A DNA stretch of 63,855 nucleotides, filler included, from Octopus bimaculoides (GCF_001194135.2; 4 parts of 4 records of this genome joined end to end with filler, not necessarily neighbours in it), one strand, 5' to 3'; positions 1-13,200 are shown, numbered from the whole stretch's first letter. Numbers and translations are program-made. The notes: generated by a model from the sequence alone, not told the origin.

Positions 1-280
1 ATTTCTTAAGAATATACAGAGTCACCCCACCCCAATCCAAGTACAAATTCAGGGCAGTTTCTCGCCGAATCGATATTCGCAAGAAGAATCAAATCCATTT
101 TTTATAAGCTATTTTTCGAACAGAAAAATCTCAAAAGAGATGTTGTGCGAGAGTACGACGCCCCGTGGTGAGAATGAAGTGAACCACTACATATAAATAA
201 TAGCGGTATGAGTGCAAACAGAACAACGAAACTGTTCTGCATGCAATCGTGCAGTGTCCAAGTCTCTCGGACCTGTGGGT

Positions 281-460
281 TTCTACCGAGCACGCTGGAC
301 AGTTTTTACGTTCTGAGTTCAAATTCCGCCGAGATCGACTTTGCCTGTCATCCTTTCGGGATCGATAAATTAAGTACCAATGAAACACTGCTGTAGATGT
401 AATCGACTTATCCCCTCTCCCAAATCTCAGACCTTGTGCCTATAGTAGAAAGGATTTTAT
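281..460 (+). mobile_element. tRNA-derived SINE, family D, 5'-eroded
   Basis: Has B-box GAGTTCAAATTCC, core CTTTGCCTGTCATCCTTTCGGGATCGATAAATTAAGTACC and tail CCTTGTGCCTATAGTAGAAAGG; homologous to 39261-39482. Confidence 0.8.
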
Positions 461-475
461 CGTTGTTGCTGCTGT

Positions 476-552
<77 letters not shown>
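476..552. repeat. (GAT)n microsatellite
   Basis: Perfect trinucleotide run next to a gap. Confidence 0.95.
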
Positions 553-1596
553 CTATTTGCTTTGATTTTTTNNNNNNNNNNNNNNNNNNNNNNNNNNNNN
601 NNNNNNNNNNNNNNNNNNNNNNNNNNNNNNNNNNNNNNNNNNNNNNNNNNNNNNNNNNNNNNNNNNNNNNNNNNNNNNNNNNNNNNNNNNNNNNNNNNNN
701 NNNNNNNNNNNNNNNNNNNNNNNNNNNNNNNNNNNNNNNNNNNNNNNNNNNNNNNNNNNNNNNNNNNNNNNNNNNNNNNNNNNNNNNNNNNNNNNNNNNN
801 NNNNNNNNNNNNNNNNNNNNNNNNNNNNNNNNNNNNNNNNNNNNNNNNNNNNNNNNNNNNNNNNNNNNNNNNNNNNNNNNNNNNNNNNNNNNNNNNNNNN
901 NNNNNNNNNNNNNNNNNNNNNNNNNNNNNNNNNNNNNNNNNNNNNNNNNNNNNNNNNNNNNNNNNNNNNNNNNNNNNNNNNNNNNNNNNNNNNNNNNNNN
1001 NNNNNNNNNNNNNNNNNNNNNNNNNNNNNNNNNNNNNNNNNNNNNNNNNNNNNNNNNNNNNNNNNNNNNNNNNNNNNNNNNNNNNNNNNNNNNNNNNNNN
1101 NNNNNNNNNNNNNNNNNNNNNNNNNNNNNNNNNNNNNNNNNNNNNNNNNNNNNNNNNNNNNNNNNNNNNNNNNNNNNNNNNNNNNNNNNNNNNNNNNNNN
1201 NNNNNNNNNNNNNNNNNNNNNNNNNNNNNNNNNNNNNNNNNNNNNNNNNNNNNNNNNNNNNNNNNNNNNNNNNNNNNNNNNNNNNNNNNNNNNNNNNNNN
1301 NNNNNNNNNNNNNNNNNNNNNNNNNNNNNNNNNNNNNNNNNNNNNNCATAAAAAAAACAGAAGACCAGAACAGAACAACATACTCAGAGCTGATTAATTG
1401 GTTATTTTAGTCAAATGATATTATTATTATTTTTAACCTCATATTATTTTTGTTGGTGATGTGTTGGCTTTTTAATGACATTAACAAGGCCTTCACGACA
1501 AATGCTGTTCATACCTAATGTTGTTCACGACGGCGATGACAACGACGAAGATGACGGCAACAACAATGACGATCATGATTATGACTATGACGACCG

Positions 1597-1630
<34 letters not shown>

Positions 1631-1936
1631 GGTGGTGGTCATGATGACGAGGACGATGGGGAAACTTAATTAACTGAAACTGTGTGTTTTGTGCAAATAG
1701 AAGAAACGAATGATTGTCGCGAAAAACGGGTTCTAATAAGGTTTCCCTTATCCACTGTTTGTGAGTAAAAAAGAAAAACACAAACCTTAAACAAAAAATG
1801 AAATTCCAAATTCCAATTCTATGTTGCTGATTAAGAAATATCACATGATGACTATTGAAACGACTACAAGCCCTCACTTCTCATAATCTGCAAGTGACGC
1901 ACTAACAAAATAGCAGCTTCTACTTCTTCTTCCGAC

Positions 1937-2122
1937 AGGCTAGAGATAGCAACTAAAGTTCACTCAAATAACAAAACAACATGGTATATAATGTAGGACA
2001 CATTGGATATGCGTGATAGTTTTAAAATCATGGGATGGGATAGTCACAATTGGAACTCCTTTGATTGTAGATAGAGTCGATGAGGCTGGTCTGAGGCTAA
2101 ATAACAACATCAACAACAACAG
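1937..2122 (+). mobile_element. Old SINE-like repeat, family F
   Basis: GCTAGAGATAGCAACTAAAG head, GGGATGGGATAGTCAC body and (AAC)n tail; diverged homologs at 16880-17085, 17255-17400, 18015-18080 and 43885-43925. Confidence 0.45.
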
Positions 2123-2252
2123 CGTGCAGGTGGATTAAATGATCCCTTGTTATCAGAAAATCCACTTTCTCCTCACCTCCTCCTCTCTCTCTGTATGTAT
2201 ACAGAAATCGACAGATCGATCGATCAGTAGAGAGATAGATAGACAGATAGAT

Positions 2253-2299
<47 letters not shown>

Positions 2300-2372
2300 N
2301 NNNNNNNNNNNNNNNNNNNNNNNNNNNNNNNNNNNNNNNNNNNNNNNNNNNNNNNNNNNNNNNNNNNNNNNN

Positions 2373-2435
<63 letters not shown>

Positions 2436-2479
2436 ATATATAAATATATGCATATATACATACATATATGTACATACCT

Positions 2480-2624
2480 ACCTACATATATATGTATATA
2501 TACATGCATATATGGGTACAGGACATCAAAAAAACGTAGACACAATGAGAAACGAGACATGCAACATAAAGAACATTCCCTTCATCAACGGAGTAGATAA
2601 AACAGGGGACAACTGATGAAGGCA
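2480..2624 (-). mobile_element. Putative retroelement (Penelope-like?) terminus with (TATG/TA)n tail
   Basis: Same architecture as 18700-18860 (TGATGAAG...GTCC.GTACCC..ATATGCAT.TATATATAC); truncated by a gap. Confidence 0.35.
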
Positions 2625-3349
2625 NNNNNNNNNNNNNNNNNNNNNNNNNNNNNNNNNNNNNNNNNNNNNNNNNNNNNNNNNNNNNNNNNNNNNNNNNNNN
2701 NNNNNNNNNNNNNNNNNNNNNNNNNNNNNNNNNNNNNNNNNNNNNNNNNNNNNNNNNNNNNNNNNNNNNNNNNNNNNNNNNNNNNNNNNNNNNNNNNNNN
2801 NNNNNNNNNNNNNNNNNNNNNNNNNNNNNNNNNNNNNNNNNNNNNNNNNNNNNNNNNNNNNNNNNNNNNNNNNNNNNNNNNNNNNNNNNNNNNNNNNNNN
2901 NNNNNNNNNNNNNNNNNNNNNNNNNNNNNNNNNNNNNNNNNNNNNNNNNNNNNNNNNNNNNNNNNNNNNNNNNNNNNNNNNNNNNNNNNNNNNNNNNNNN
3001 NNNNNNNNNNNNNNNNNNNNNNNNNNNNNNNNNNNNNNNNNNNNNNNNNNNNNNNNNNNNNNNNNNNNNNNNNNNNNNNNNNNNNNNNNNNNNNNNNNNN
3101 NNNNNNNNNNNNNNNNNNNNNNNNNNNNNNNNNNNNNNNNNNNNNNNNNNNNNNNNNNNNNNNNNNNNNNNNNNNNNNNNNNNNNNNNNNNNNNNNNNNN
3201 NNNNNNNNNNNNNNNNNNNNNNNNNNNNNNNNNNNNNNNNNNNNNNNNNNNNNNNNNNNNNNNNNNNNNNNNNNNNNNNNNNNNNNNNNNNNNNNNNNNN
3301 NNNNNNNNNNNNNNNNNNNNNNNNNNNNNNNNNNNNNNNNNNNNNNNNN

Positions 3350-3396
<47 letters not shown>

Positions 3397-3575
3397 TACG
3401 TACATGTGTGTGTGTGTGTGTGTGTGTATGTGTGTGAGTGTGTGCATGTATGTATGGATAATGATGTAAATGAACAAATAAAACTGCTTGGGTTTGATAT
3501 ACAAAATATATACATGCATACACACACACACACACATACACACACACACACATACATACATACATACATACATAC

Positions 3576-3623
<48 letters not shown>

Positions 3624-3769
3624 GCGTAGCTGTGTGGCAAGAAGCATTGTATCCGGCGTGCAAACGATTCTGCCAGCTCGCGGCCTTTTTCGAGAGAGAA
3701 ATATTGTTGATTCTTGAGACACGTTTGAAATTGACTTTTCATTAATGAAGTCATATAAGGGAACTAAAA

Positions 3770-3945
3770 ATATCCTGCGGCGTGAAACAAGACATATACG
3801 ACAGTTTTCCACAGAGTTTCCGTCGACCAAATTTTATTAGTTAACTCGAGGCTACAGCAGAAAACACTTGCCAAAAATGCAGTGCAGTGGGACATAACCG
3901 CGAACCATGTGGTTACGAAGAGAACTTCTAACCATACAGCAATCT
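3770..3945 (-). mobile_element. SINE family E, 5' part, diverged
   Basis: Homologous to the head of 27731-28226 (GCTGTATGGTTAGAAG...GTCCCACTGCACTGC...GGCAAGTGTTTTCT). Confidence 0.6.
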
Positions 3946-4146
3946 GTTGATTTATCTAGTTGAAAGAAAAAGAAAACAAAACAAAAATAATCAACAGCCT
4001 TTCAAAAAATGCAATTGTTTGGCAGAAAGAAAAGGCGAACAAATAGGAGGTTAATTCCTTCTACTCCAAAGAAGCCAAGTGCATATTCGACCATTACCTC
4101 CTTTCTATATAGCATTTTAAACGCGATGTCTTTCAATCATCTAAAT

Positions 4147-4463
4147 CAATAGTTCACGACCGTTTTTTTTTTTTACCAATGAGCCCCTTATTTTACTCTG
4201 GTGGACCCCCAATGATATTTGATGTTTAAAACTAATTTCGTAGATGCTTATTTCAAAATTCCTGTTTTGCTTTTCATACATAAACTTGTGTGCGTTGAAC
4301 TATATAAAACGTTAGAGAAAGAAATATTGTTGTTTCTTGAAATAAATACATTTAAAGCAAAATTTTTCCATGGACCCTTAAAATACTTCTGTGGATCTCC
4401 AATTTACTATTTGTTTGCGTGGACGCCGAAAAATCTTATATGGACCACGGTTGAAAATCACTG
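4147..4463. mobile_element. hAT (Charlie-type) MITE
   Basis: Perfect 8-bp TSD ATCTAAAT at 4139-4146 and 4464-4471. Right TIR CCACGGTTGAAAATCACTG; left TIR degenerate (CAATAGTTCACGACCG). Confidence 0.75.
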
Positions 4464-4974
4464 ATCTAAATCATGCAAAAAAATAGTTCAAATCATACAA
4501 ACATAACGAGAAAACAACCTTCATGGACGACCTACGTGATGCTAAAGAGATTCGATTGATGCAGCCAATCCTAGATAACTAAAGGCCATCCGACTAACTG
4601 AAAAGTATCCCCATATTCAGTAGACATGCTGTTTCCGCACACCCGACATGTTGTTTGTTTTTTTTTTGCTGTTGTTCTTTTTTTAACTTCTAGAATACTT
4701 CACATAACCGGTGTTTAACAAGCTGCGTAAGACTTCCTCTCATGTCCTCCCGATGTGTCACCCTTTGTTCTATTCGTCGCTCCTAGTGTGTCGCCGAGTC
4801 TTGCACTTTGCTCGGTTTACTCCTCCAAAACTGCGACTCTGAAGAACTCACATGATGTTCATTGTTTTTTTTTTGTTTGTTTTTTTTTTTTCGTAGATAT
4901 CCTACATAAATTCAAATTGAATATCAGCTGCATCAACTTCGCTCGCCTACATAAGCGTTTAAAGGTCATGGGCG

Positions 4975-5085
4975 ATAATAATAATAATAATAATAATAAT
5001 AAATGCTTCGAATTTTGTCATAAGCCAGCAATTTTCAGGGGAGGGGATTAGTCGATACCACCAATCACAGTATTTGACTGGAACA
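4975..5085 (-). mobile_element. SINE family D, 3' part with (TTA)n tail
   Basis: CCAGCAATTTTCAGGGGAGGGGATTAGTCGAT matches the 3' end of the family D copy at 43190-43393. Confidence 0.5.
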
Positions 5086-6443
5086 ATGTCCGTCATTTTA
5101 ATGATTTTAAATGCAAGCCGTACAGATATATACTCATATACATACATACATAAATACATACATACATACATACATACATACATACATACATACATACATA
5201 CATACATACATCACTCTAGCTAGCTAGCTATCTCTTCATACATACATACATACATACATACATACATCACTCTAGCTAGCTAGCTATCTCTCTCTTCATA
5301 CACATACATACAACAAACGCTAAAACAAGAGGCTTATAAAATATGTGAAGATTGACAACATAAAGTAGTATAAAAAAGTGGCTGGGGCGAGGACGTTATA
5401 CAACGAGCGTATGGAAAATTTGCTAAAAAACTGATAAATATATAAATATATGAAGCAGCTAACCAAAACAGAATATGGTCTAATTTAAGGTAAGCCTATC
5501 CACATACGAATGAGAACCCACAAGCTAGTTTAGCCAGAACACCCCACGATTTAATCCCTACCTCTCGACGAGACTGTTACATCATAAGGTGATTGTGAGC
5601 ATTTTTGGTGTTGGACTGAGCATGAGATCACCGAACTTTTGTATGAAACTACAAAGTAATAGTTCATTCATCGTTCCTGTGGTATTCAGTAGCCGCCTAT
5701 CATTTCGATGTTCAACAAAATCGGTGCCCGCCGCCTTCTCCATCATCAAATTGCTATGACCTTCATCTTCCTTCAATTAATTTAGTAATTTCAGCTGTAC
5801 TTCGTTTGTTTTGCGAAGAACAGTGAACTTATAATTCAAGTAGGTTGAAAATGGTCTCCACCTCATACGTTTTGCTTGCTTTCACTTTGTGCAGCTGCGA
5901 TAACTGAAAAGCGTAAAGATACCCGTGAGTATGTCCAGGGCTGGACATAGATTGAAGCATCTCAGGTATTCTGGATAGGCTAGTTTTAAATATCGTAGTT
6001 AACTGTTGTGATATTCACCGATACTCTATCTTTCGAATGTTATTCTAATTCCTCTGGCCTTATTCCTGTTTTTCCAATAAGCAGTCCGTCCGCATCGTTA
6101 TGCTTGAAGCTTTCGATTAGTTCCACAAAAAGCATTAGTATTTCACGCAGCCATGAGAAATGCATCCTGGAGAAGAAGCCCTCTCTTACCTGCTTCACTT
6201 GCCTTCATTTGGAGTAGGGCTGTCTTCTTTTTAAGAACCTGCTCGCTGTTCATAGCTTTCTCTTTCTCGTGAGACGGTGGAGCAACATTATTGGTTGTGA
6301 TCAAGGAAGGAAAAATCAACTAATTACCATTTTCTTGTCCTGGTAGGTGAAGTGATTCAGCTGCAATTGGTGGTGTGACTGCCTGAGCAGCTACTAGGGC
6401 TTGTTGTTGCTATTTAAAGTCTTGTCAGTTCACTGCATTCTTC

Positions 6444-6446
<3 letters not shown>

Positions 6447-6487
<41 letters not shown>

Positions 6488-7891
6488 ATTCAATGTATGA
6501 ATGATTGTCTATGTAAATGAATTGGATGTGGTTGGGTATTTGGGGGTGTGAGGTGGGAGCTTTGAATGGGGGTGATGAGGTGATTCTTCCGCATGTGTTC
6601 AACTAGTGATGTGTTGTTATTATTGCTGGCTGTGAGGTTGATGAGTGTCTTAAGGTAGTGGTGCTGACGATTGTGATTCTTGTGTAAGCGTGGGGGGGGG
6701 GTGCAGGAGTATGTGTGTCTGTGGTGTGGAGGGGTGTTGTGGAAGTGTTTCTTCTTTTGCGTTTTTTCTTTGCGACTTCCCTCCATTCGAGGTCGGTCGC
6801 GTCTGTGATGTTTTCTGTGATAGTTTGTGTATCCTTGGTTGTGATATCACTGGAGGGATTTTGGTTTGTCGTTCTCGTCACTCCCTTGGTTGGGTCGTTG
6901 GTCTTTGCTTCCAGGGGTTGAGCCTGTTGGGTGTTTTGTGGAATCAAGTTTGTTAGGCACGGCCTTGGTTTGGCCATTCACGGTTGAGGTTTCAGGCTGT
7001 GTGTGATCGTTAGGTGGATAGGGGACTCATTGCTGATGATTCCTGTGGGCAGGAGGCCCTGATGTGGCTCTTCTGCCCATATTTATAGCATCCGGGTCTA
7101 CATCCCTCCACCATGACGCGTAGCGTTGTTTCATCTGACAATTTGATTAAATCTGGTATATCTTCAAGGTCATTTTGCATTGCTCGGATTAGAATTTCCA
7201 AGCCTTGGCGTCACCAGTTTTGTTGATGTAGCTTAATGACTTGCAATATTGATATTTAGTTTTCCAAGTCCAACAGGACAGCCGCCACCAGCCACACTAC
7301 ATCAATCTCCGGTGAGACTGCCCCTATTTTTATCTATGAGGTTTTTTTGCCCAAGTATGTGGGTAGTAGTTCTGTATGCCCAAGTATGTGGGTAGTAGTG
7401 TCTTTTTTTACTTCTTCTTCGGACGCAAATCTAATCTCCACAGTGCCGTATTTTTTTCCCCTCTCACCACATAAGTTGTACTGCCCCATTGTAAACATTT
7501 CTCTATGCTTTCTTTCGATGCGTGTTCAATTTTCCAATTTTTTTTTTTTTTTAAGTGTCTTGTACATAATAGTTTTTCTTTTTGTCATATGCATGATTTC
7601 GCCGGGTGGTATTAGATGCACGTCGGTACCTTCACGTTTTAAAAACTTTTGTATTTTTCAAGGTCTGTTGGGTTAATGCTTATAGCCTCATGGCTCACAG
7701 TTGCTATAGGCGCAAAAGTGGATTAGGGTGTCCTTGGTAGAATTCGTCATCTTGTCCTGGGTAACTGCGTTGTTCTCCTCCTCCTGTTCGCAGCAGGGAA
7801 GGGCAGGGAACATTTCAGGGTACAATTCATTAAGCAGGTTGTCGTGTGCTTCGACGTTGGGGGCGTTATCTTCGCCGTTGGTAGAAGCTAT
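6447..7891 (-). mobile_element. Decayed gag/ORF1-like element with CCHC zinc knuckle, ending in (CA)n; no ORF2 seen
   Basis: Frameshifted reading ...VRGEKYGTVEIRFASEEE...ELLPTYLGKK...IGAVSPEIDVVWLVAAVL...LRVMVEGCRPGCYKYGQKSHIRASCP (CX2[C>Y]X4HX4C), then a low-complexity basic tail (EWREVAKKKRKRR). Probable start ATG mutated to ATA at 7891. Confidence 0.65.
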
Positions 7892-9129
7892 GATACAGAA
7901 ATTAACAGTGTAAACAATTTACACTAGAAAAAGGTACAATTTGCCTCTTAAAAAGGGGGAGGAATTACTGGGTACGATACTATCCCTGCTAGGCAGGTTC
8001 AGAGTCACAGATGCACAAAATTCGAAAAAGGAAATAGCAACACTTACAAGCAGAAAAAAACACGTCTGTTCAGCAGAAATTGGCGAACACTCATGTGTCG
8101 TCTAACGATGGGATAGTCCATGATATATACATATATATAGTCTATCTTTTTTACTCTTTACCCTCTTTCTCTTTTTCTTCCTTTCTAGTGCTTCAGGATA
8201 AAAAGCTGTCGAGTGAGTTTTACTTCCAAAAGTGCAACAGCTTGACTTTATGCCCTGCACCACCATTCGTATTGCTTTTGATTCTTCACCCATGACAAAA
8301 CACAGCTCAAGAATGACTTTACTCGTGCTGATCTCTCCCAACCACTAGCTATTTCTTATGATTTCTCATGATATCTGCATATTGTGCTACAAAATGGAAA
8401 CAAAGCAGTTGTCATTGTCACTTCCAATGTCTCTAATTTCCCCCTTGTATTGTGCTGGCCCATGGTTAAAGGTTTGAGCGTATGAGCATGTGTGTGGTGT
8501 ACTAAACCGGTCTAGTGCCTTACTTCACTCCACTTCGCCTCGCCCTGGGTGTTTAAAGATAAACAGATACTACTGTTTATTTTACTACAATTGATAAAAA
8601 TAACTTTCCATACAACGGCTAGGGCATCATTGCAACTGTTCTTTTGAGGTTGTATGAAAGCTTCCTTCATTTTTCACAGTACGGAAATATGTTCGCCTTC
8701 TTCTTGCTCAGGCAAGAAATCACTGTAGCTCGAAACACACTTTCTCTCATATTTTTTTTAATCAGTTTATAACTAAGCATTTTTTGCAACACTTCACAAT
8801 AGAAAACTCAAAGTATTACTGTTTTCAACTAGTTCAGTATTTTCCATTTGTAATACTTTATCTGTTTTCCGTTTTTATGTTTCTTTCCTGTTCGATTTTT
8901 TTTTTATCTGTTAATATATTGATATTTGTTTCTGTCTAAAGAGCGTATCTGTTTATAATTGAATCACCACCTGTCAAGTGAATATCTCTTCCGCCCTTCC
9001 TATAAGATAAAGCCATGCTGAAATATGAGTAAGCGAAATGTTTATAAAATATTAAACGTAAAATGTGCGAAGACAAACCGGTTTCCACCCGAAGATATGC
9101 AAAGTGAAACGCTTCGTTTCCACCCCGAA

Positions 9130-10590
9130 TGACAAATTCGAGAGAAGCAATAGGATTTGGGGCAGGGATTTGGGGGCGCCCGATTACACATTGGGAAAAT
9201 GCAGAATTGATCAAAACAGTTAAGACGAAATTGGGCAATACAGATAACCAAAAGCAATGTAACAAGAGGCAATACCCGGGAAGAGGAGATGACTTCTATC
9301 GGGAAAATTATCCAAAAGATTTTTTTTTCTTTTCATTAAATGCAAGTGTAATACATTTATTTCTTCTACAGAGCCAGTTCTAAGATCACCGTTCAACCAA
9401 AAGCACAAATATTATAACAACAAACAACAACAACAACAACAAGAATTATTTTTGTGGTGGGGCAGATCAAGGAAAGAATTCGTGCAAAGTCAGCCGAGAT
9501 AAAACCTTATGTTCAGAAAGCAACTCAGTTTGAGTATATACTTTTAAAATCAATTCGGGCACGGTTTTAGAGTAATAGAAACGTTAGCATCAAATGCTGG
9601 AGATGAAAAAGAATTCTTAGTAGGAATTCGAGGGCGGCCGATTATGCATAAGGAAAACATAGAATGGAGCAAAGCGGTTGAAATGAAATAGGTAATGTAG
9701 AGAAGCAAAAACCAATCACTAAAAGTAGGAACAATATCCTACAGCAAGTAAAGATAGAATATTGGAAAGGAGTTTTTGTAAAACATGTGAAATCTTTTCA
9801 CGGCCAAACCAGAAATCCTCTAAATGTATAATAAAAGGAAATGTATCACAATGGATGGATGAGAGAAACTTTGATTATGAAAAAACCAGTGAAAGGAGCT
9901 GTAGTACAAAATTATCGCCTGTTTGTGTACTTCAGCTTGGCATGGTTTGATTTCAGAAAAGCCTACATCATGATGCCCCATTCTTGAATTGTAGAATCAG
10001 AGCTAAAAATCTCATCAATATTTTCAGTGCTAGTATCATACACTGGAACGAACTTGATGGTGAACAAAAAATCACTGGGAAATGGTAGCGTAAAATTATG
10101 TGTTTCACTCCTTCATTAGTTACTGCATAGTTCGATGACTGGGCAACAATCTAGGGAGAAAGGCACCCTTTTTAAATTCTATATTCTTCACAGATGACTT
10201 AATAATATTCGCAAAGTTAGATAAAGACGTCGATTTCTTTGTTAAAATAGTAAAGTCGGGTTGCAGTGATTTAGAAATGGAATTGCGACTTTGATCATAA
10301 AGAGAAGGAAGAAAGGCTATTTTAGAAATGCTTTCTCTGAAGTATGCATTTTACAACTTATTTTACAATGGATACAAGTATTTAGGCTTACGGAATCTTT
10401 TTGCTTATTAGCAATCAAGGCTCAGACAGATTAACATAAATACCGGAAAAATTACAAAATAGGTTAGGGATGAGCAAAAAAACGGGGGGAGAGTGGTACG
10501 AATGTCATGCGATAAATACATCAAAACTTTGATAAAAGCGCAGAATAAACATAAAATCATACAATACCCGCAGCACTTAAATCAGATATA
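9130..10590 (+). mobile_element. Highly decayed Dong/R4-clade LINE RT fragments
   Basis: Remnant motifs IWGRPITHWENAE (twice), (W)FDFRKAYIMMPHS, FTDDLIIFAK and GYKYLG, with many stops and frameshifts. Confidence 0.55.
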
Positions 10591-10753
10591 ACATTATGGT
10601 AAAATATGAAAGAGTATTTAGAGTTACTTACCCACACTCGGGTGAGAACCTACTACTTAGATCGAATCATAACAATCTACAACCCCTCACATTCATCACT
10701 TATATTCTTCCAAGGGTGAAGGTCACTAAAATCATTAAGGGTGGCTTCCTTGA

Positions 10754-11133
10754 GTGGAGGCGCAATGGCCCAGTGGTTAGGGCAGCGGACTCGCGGTCAT
10801 AGGATCGCGGTTTCGATTCCCAGACCGGGTGTTGTGAGTGTTTATTGAGCGAAAACACCTAAAGCTCCACGAGGCTCCGGCAGGGGATGGTGGCGAACCC
10901 TGCTGTATTCTTCCACCACAACTTTCTCTCACTCTTACTTCCTGTTTCTGTTGTGCCTGTAATTCAAAGGGTCAGCCTTGTCACACTGTGTCACGCTGAA
11001 TCTCCCCGAGAACTAGATTAAGGGTACACGTGTCTGTGGAGTGCTCAGCCACATGCGCACGTTAATTTCAGGCTGTTCCGTTGATCGGATCAACTGGAAC
11101 CCTCGATGTCGTAAGTGACGGAGTGCCAACAAC
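10754..11133 (+). mobile_element. Full-length tRNA-derived SINE, family A (resembles octopus OR-type SINEs)
   Basis: A-box TGGCCCAGTGG, B-box GTTTCGATTCC, (AAC)n tail; 11-bp TSD GGCTTCCTTGA / GGCTACCTTGA at 10743-10753 and 11134-11144. Confidence 0.9.
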
Positions 11134-12127
11134 GGCTACCTTGAAATATGACACATTCTTTGGTTAAAAGTATTCTACTCGTTCATAGATTTCTCTATAG
11201 TCTTGACTAAAATTTTTTCTTCGCGGTAGTTTCCATTCCTAAATTCATGATCCATTCACATGTTGTCATCCAGCTCAAATAACAACTCTAGAAGTCCTTT
11301 ATTATTGCTTCTGATAACCACGAACCTGCACGATTTCCTGTGATCATGCATTTCCGCCAGTTTCCTGAACCTTCTTTTTCTGTTTTCAACTATTTCGAGC
11401 AGACAGCCCTCGACTGCCTCTACTACCACAAATATAAGAGCTAGACTTTCCATCAGTCTCACCACTATTCCCTCGGTACCCACAACAAAACACAACTCTA
11501 GAAAATCCCCGTGGTCTTAAGAAATCAGAACATTCAAGGTCATATTGATTCTTCTCGAATGTGTCCCTCGTTACCTATACACTTAATACTATTGCGCTAC
11601 AGAGTTAAGAACGAACTAGTGATCAATGACTGATTGATTAGCACCTTTGTGTTATGCTTGTCCATGTACTGAATGACTGTTTCATGTACTATGTCTACCT
11701 GACGCTGCGCTTCATCCCGAGGCCAGAAAACCGGACAAACTATTCCATAAGCGTTGTCGATTGAGAAGCTAATCGTCCAGACACCAGCTACAGCTTCCTT
11801 TATTTGATGATTCTAGGGTACAAAGAATGTTCCCTTCCCTTCGTGAGGCAGAGTACGGTTAATATTTTTCTAGCCCGCTCTTCAATAAGTCCTTCGCACA
11901 AGGTACAGAATCCTTAGCCATACTATCGTGTCACAAATCCTCACAATGAAATTTGACCTTACTCAAAATTTCCTTAATGCCGGAAAATCATTTTTTTTTT
12001 CCTGTCTTTATTTCCTCTGGTAGGAATTTTAATGCACTGTATATTTGTTAGTGAAAACTGCATTTATACTTGTGTGTTTTTTAAATATAAATCCTTCTTT
12101 TATTTTCTCTTAATAACTTTTGCTTCT

Positions 12128-12161
<34 letters not shown>

Positions 12162-12576
12162 NNNNNNNNNNNNNNNNNNNNNNNNNNNNNNNNNNNNNNN
12201 NNNNNNNNNNNNNNNNNNNNNNNNNNNNNNNNNNNNNNNNNNNNNNNNNNNNNNNNNNNNNNNNNNNNNNNNNNNNNNNNNNNNNNNNNNNNNNNNNNNN
12301 NNNNNNNNNNNNNNNNNNNNNNNNNNNNNNNNNNNNNNNNNNNNNNNNNNNNNNNNNNNNNNNNNNNNNNNNNNNNNNNNNNNNNNNNNNNNNNNNNNNN
12401 NNNNNNNNNNNNNNNNNNNNNNNNNNNNNNNNNNNNNNNNNNNNNNNNNNNNNNNNNNNNNNNNNNNNNNNNNNNNNNNNNNNNNNNNNNNNNNNNNNNN
12501 NNNNNNNNCATATAATCCGATATATTTTTTTTTTTAATCACCAGAGCAATACGTGACACAGCTTACCGAAGTAAGA

Positions 12577-12577
<1 letters not shown>

Positions 12578-12645
<68 letters not shown>

Positions 12646-12830
12646 TTCTTTATTGGCGACAAGGCACAAGGGCCGCAAAAAACACATTTAGGACAATACA
12701 AAGTGCGGGGTTACACGTACAAGTGTAAACAAAACAGTAAGAACTAACAAGAAAATTGTTCGCAAAATGTCCCAATAGCAGATAGTACTACCCAGGGACA
12801 ACCAAAGAATCAAAGAAAACAACATCCATT
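12578..12830 (-). mobile_element. 3' end of a LINE with AATAAA and (TTA)n tail
   Basis: Minus strand ...CCCTTGTGCCTTGTCGCCAATAAAGAAATTATTATT(ATT)n; no coding part attached. Confidence 0.5.
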
Positions 12831-13010
12831 CATGAATTTTTAAAAAAATTTTTTTTTTTTAATACATATTTTACCTGTGAATTTGCGTGTGTAAGCTGGG
12901 AATGCATGCGGTGAGTTTCTCTGCCCTAGGTGTACGGAAAACACTCGGCGAGAAATGGAAGAAAATTTGAAGAAAGAAGCAAAAAAAAAACAACATAATA
13001 ATAGTAATAA

Positions 13011-13161
13011 TTGCCTCCTTGGCACGGCCAGAATAATCAAGAAAGTATTAGATAGCTGAAAAGAACGGGTAGCATGCTACTATAGGCTGCAGGTAGCAAG
13101 CCCGCTACGCATGCAAGACTCCAGTAGCTCCAACAAAACCTGTGATAAAAAGAAATAATAA
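13011..13161 (+). mobile_element. Dong/R4 LINE 3' end
   Basis: CLLGTARIIKKVLDS* plus a 3' UTR homologous to 38925-39080; flanked by AAT repeats. Confidence 0.65.
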
Positions 13162-13200
13162 TTTCTGATTTGGCCATTAAATTTGTGTGCAGAGGTATAG

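Noticed and set aside
4694-4963. Plus-strand acceptor/donor-bounded segments (4694-4726 and about 4896-4963), plus 15319-15416
   Set aside because: The peptides are unrecognisable, splice signals are common in T-rich DNA, and no chain of exons emerges.
10754-10830. tRNA-like sequences at SINE heads (also 14440-14517, 16195-16271, 39261-39345, 42140-42218)
   Set aside because: They have A/B boxes but continue into SINE bodies with tails and TSDs; they are not tRNA genes.
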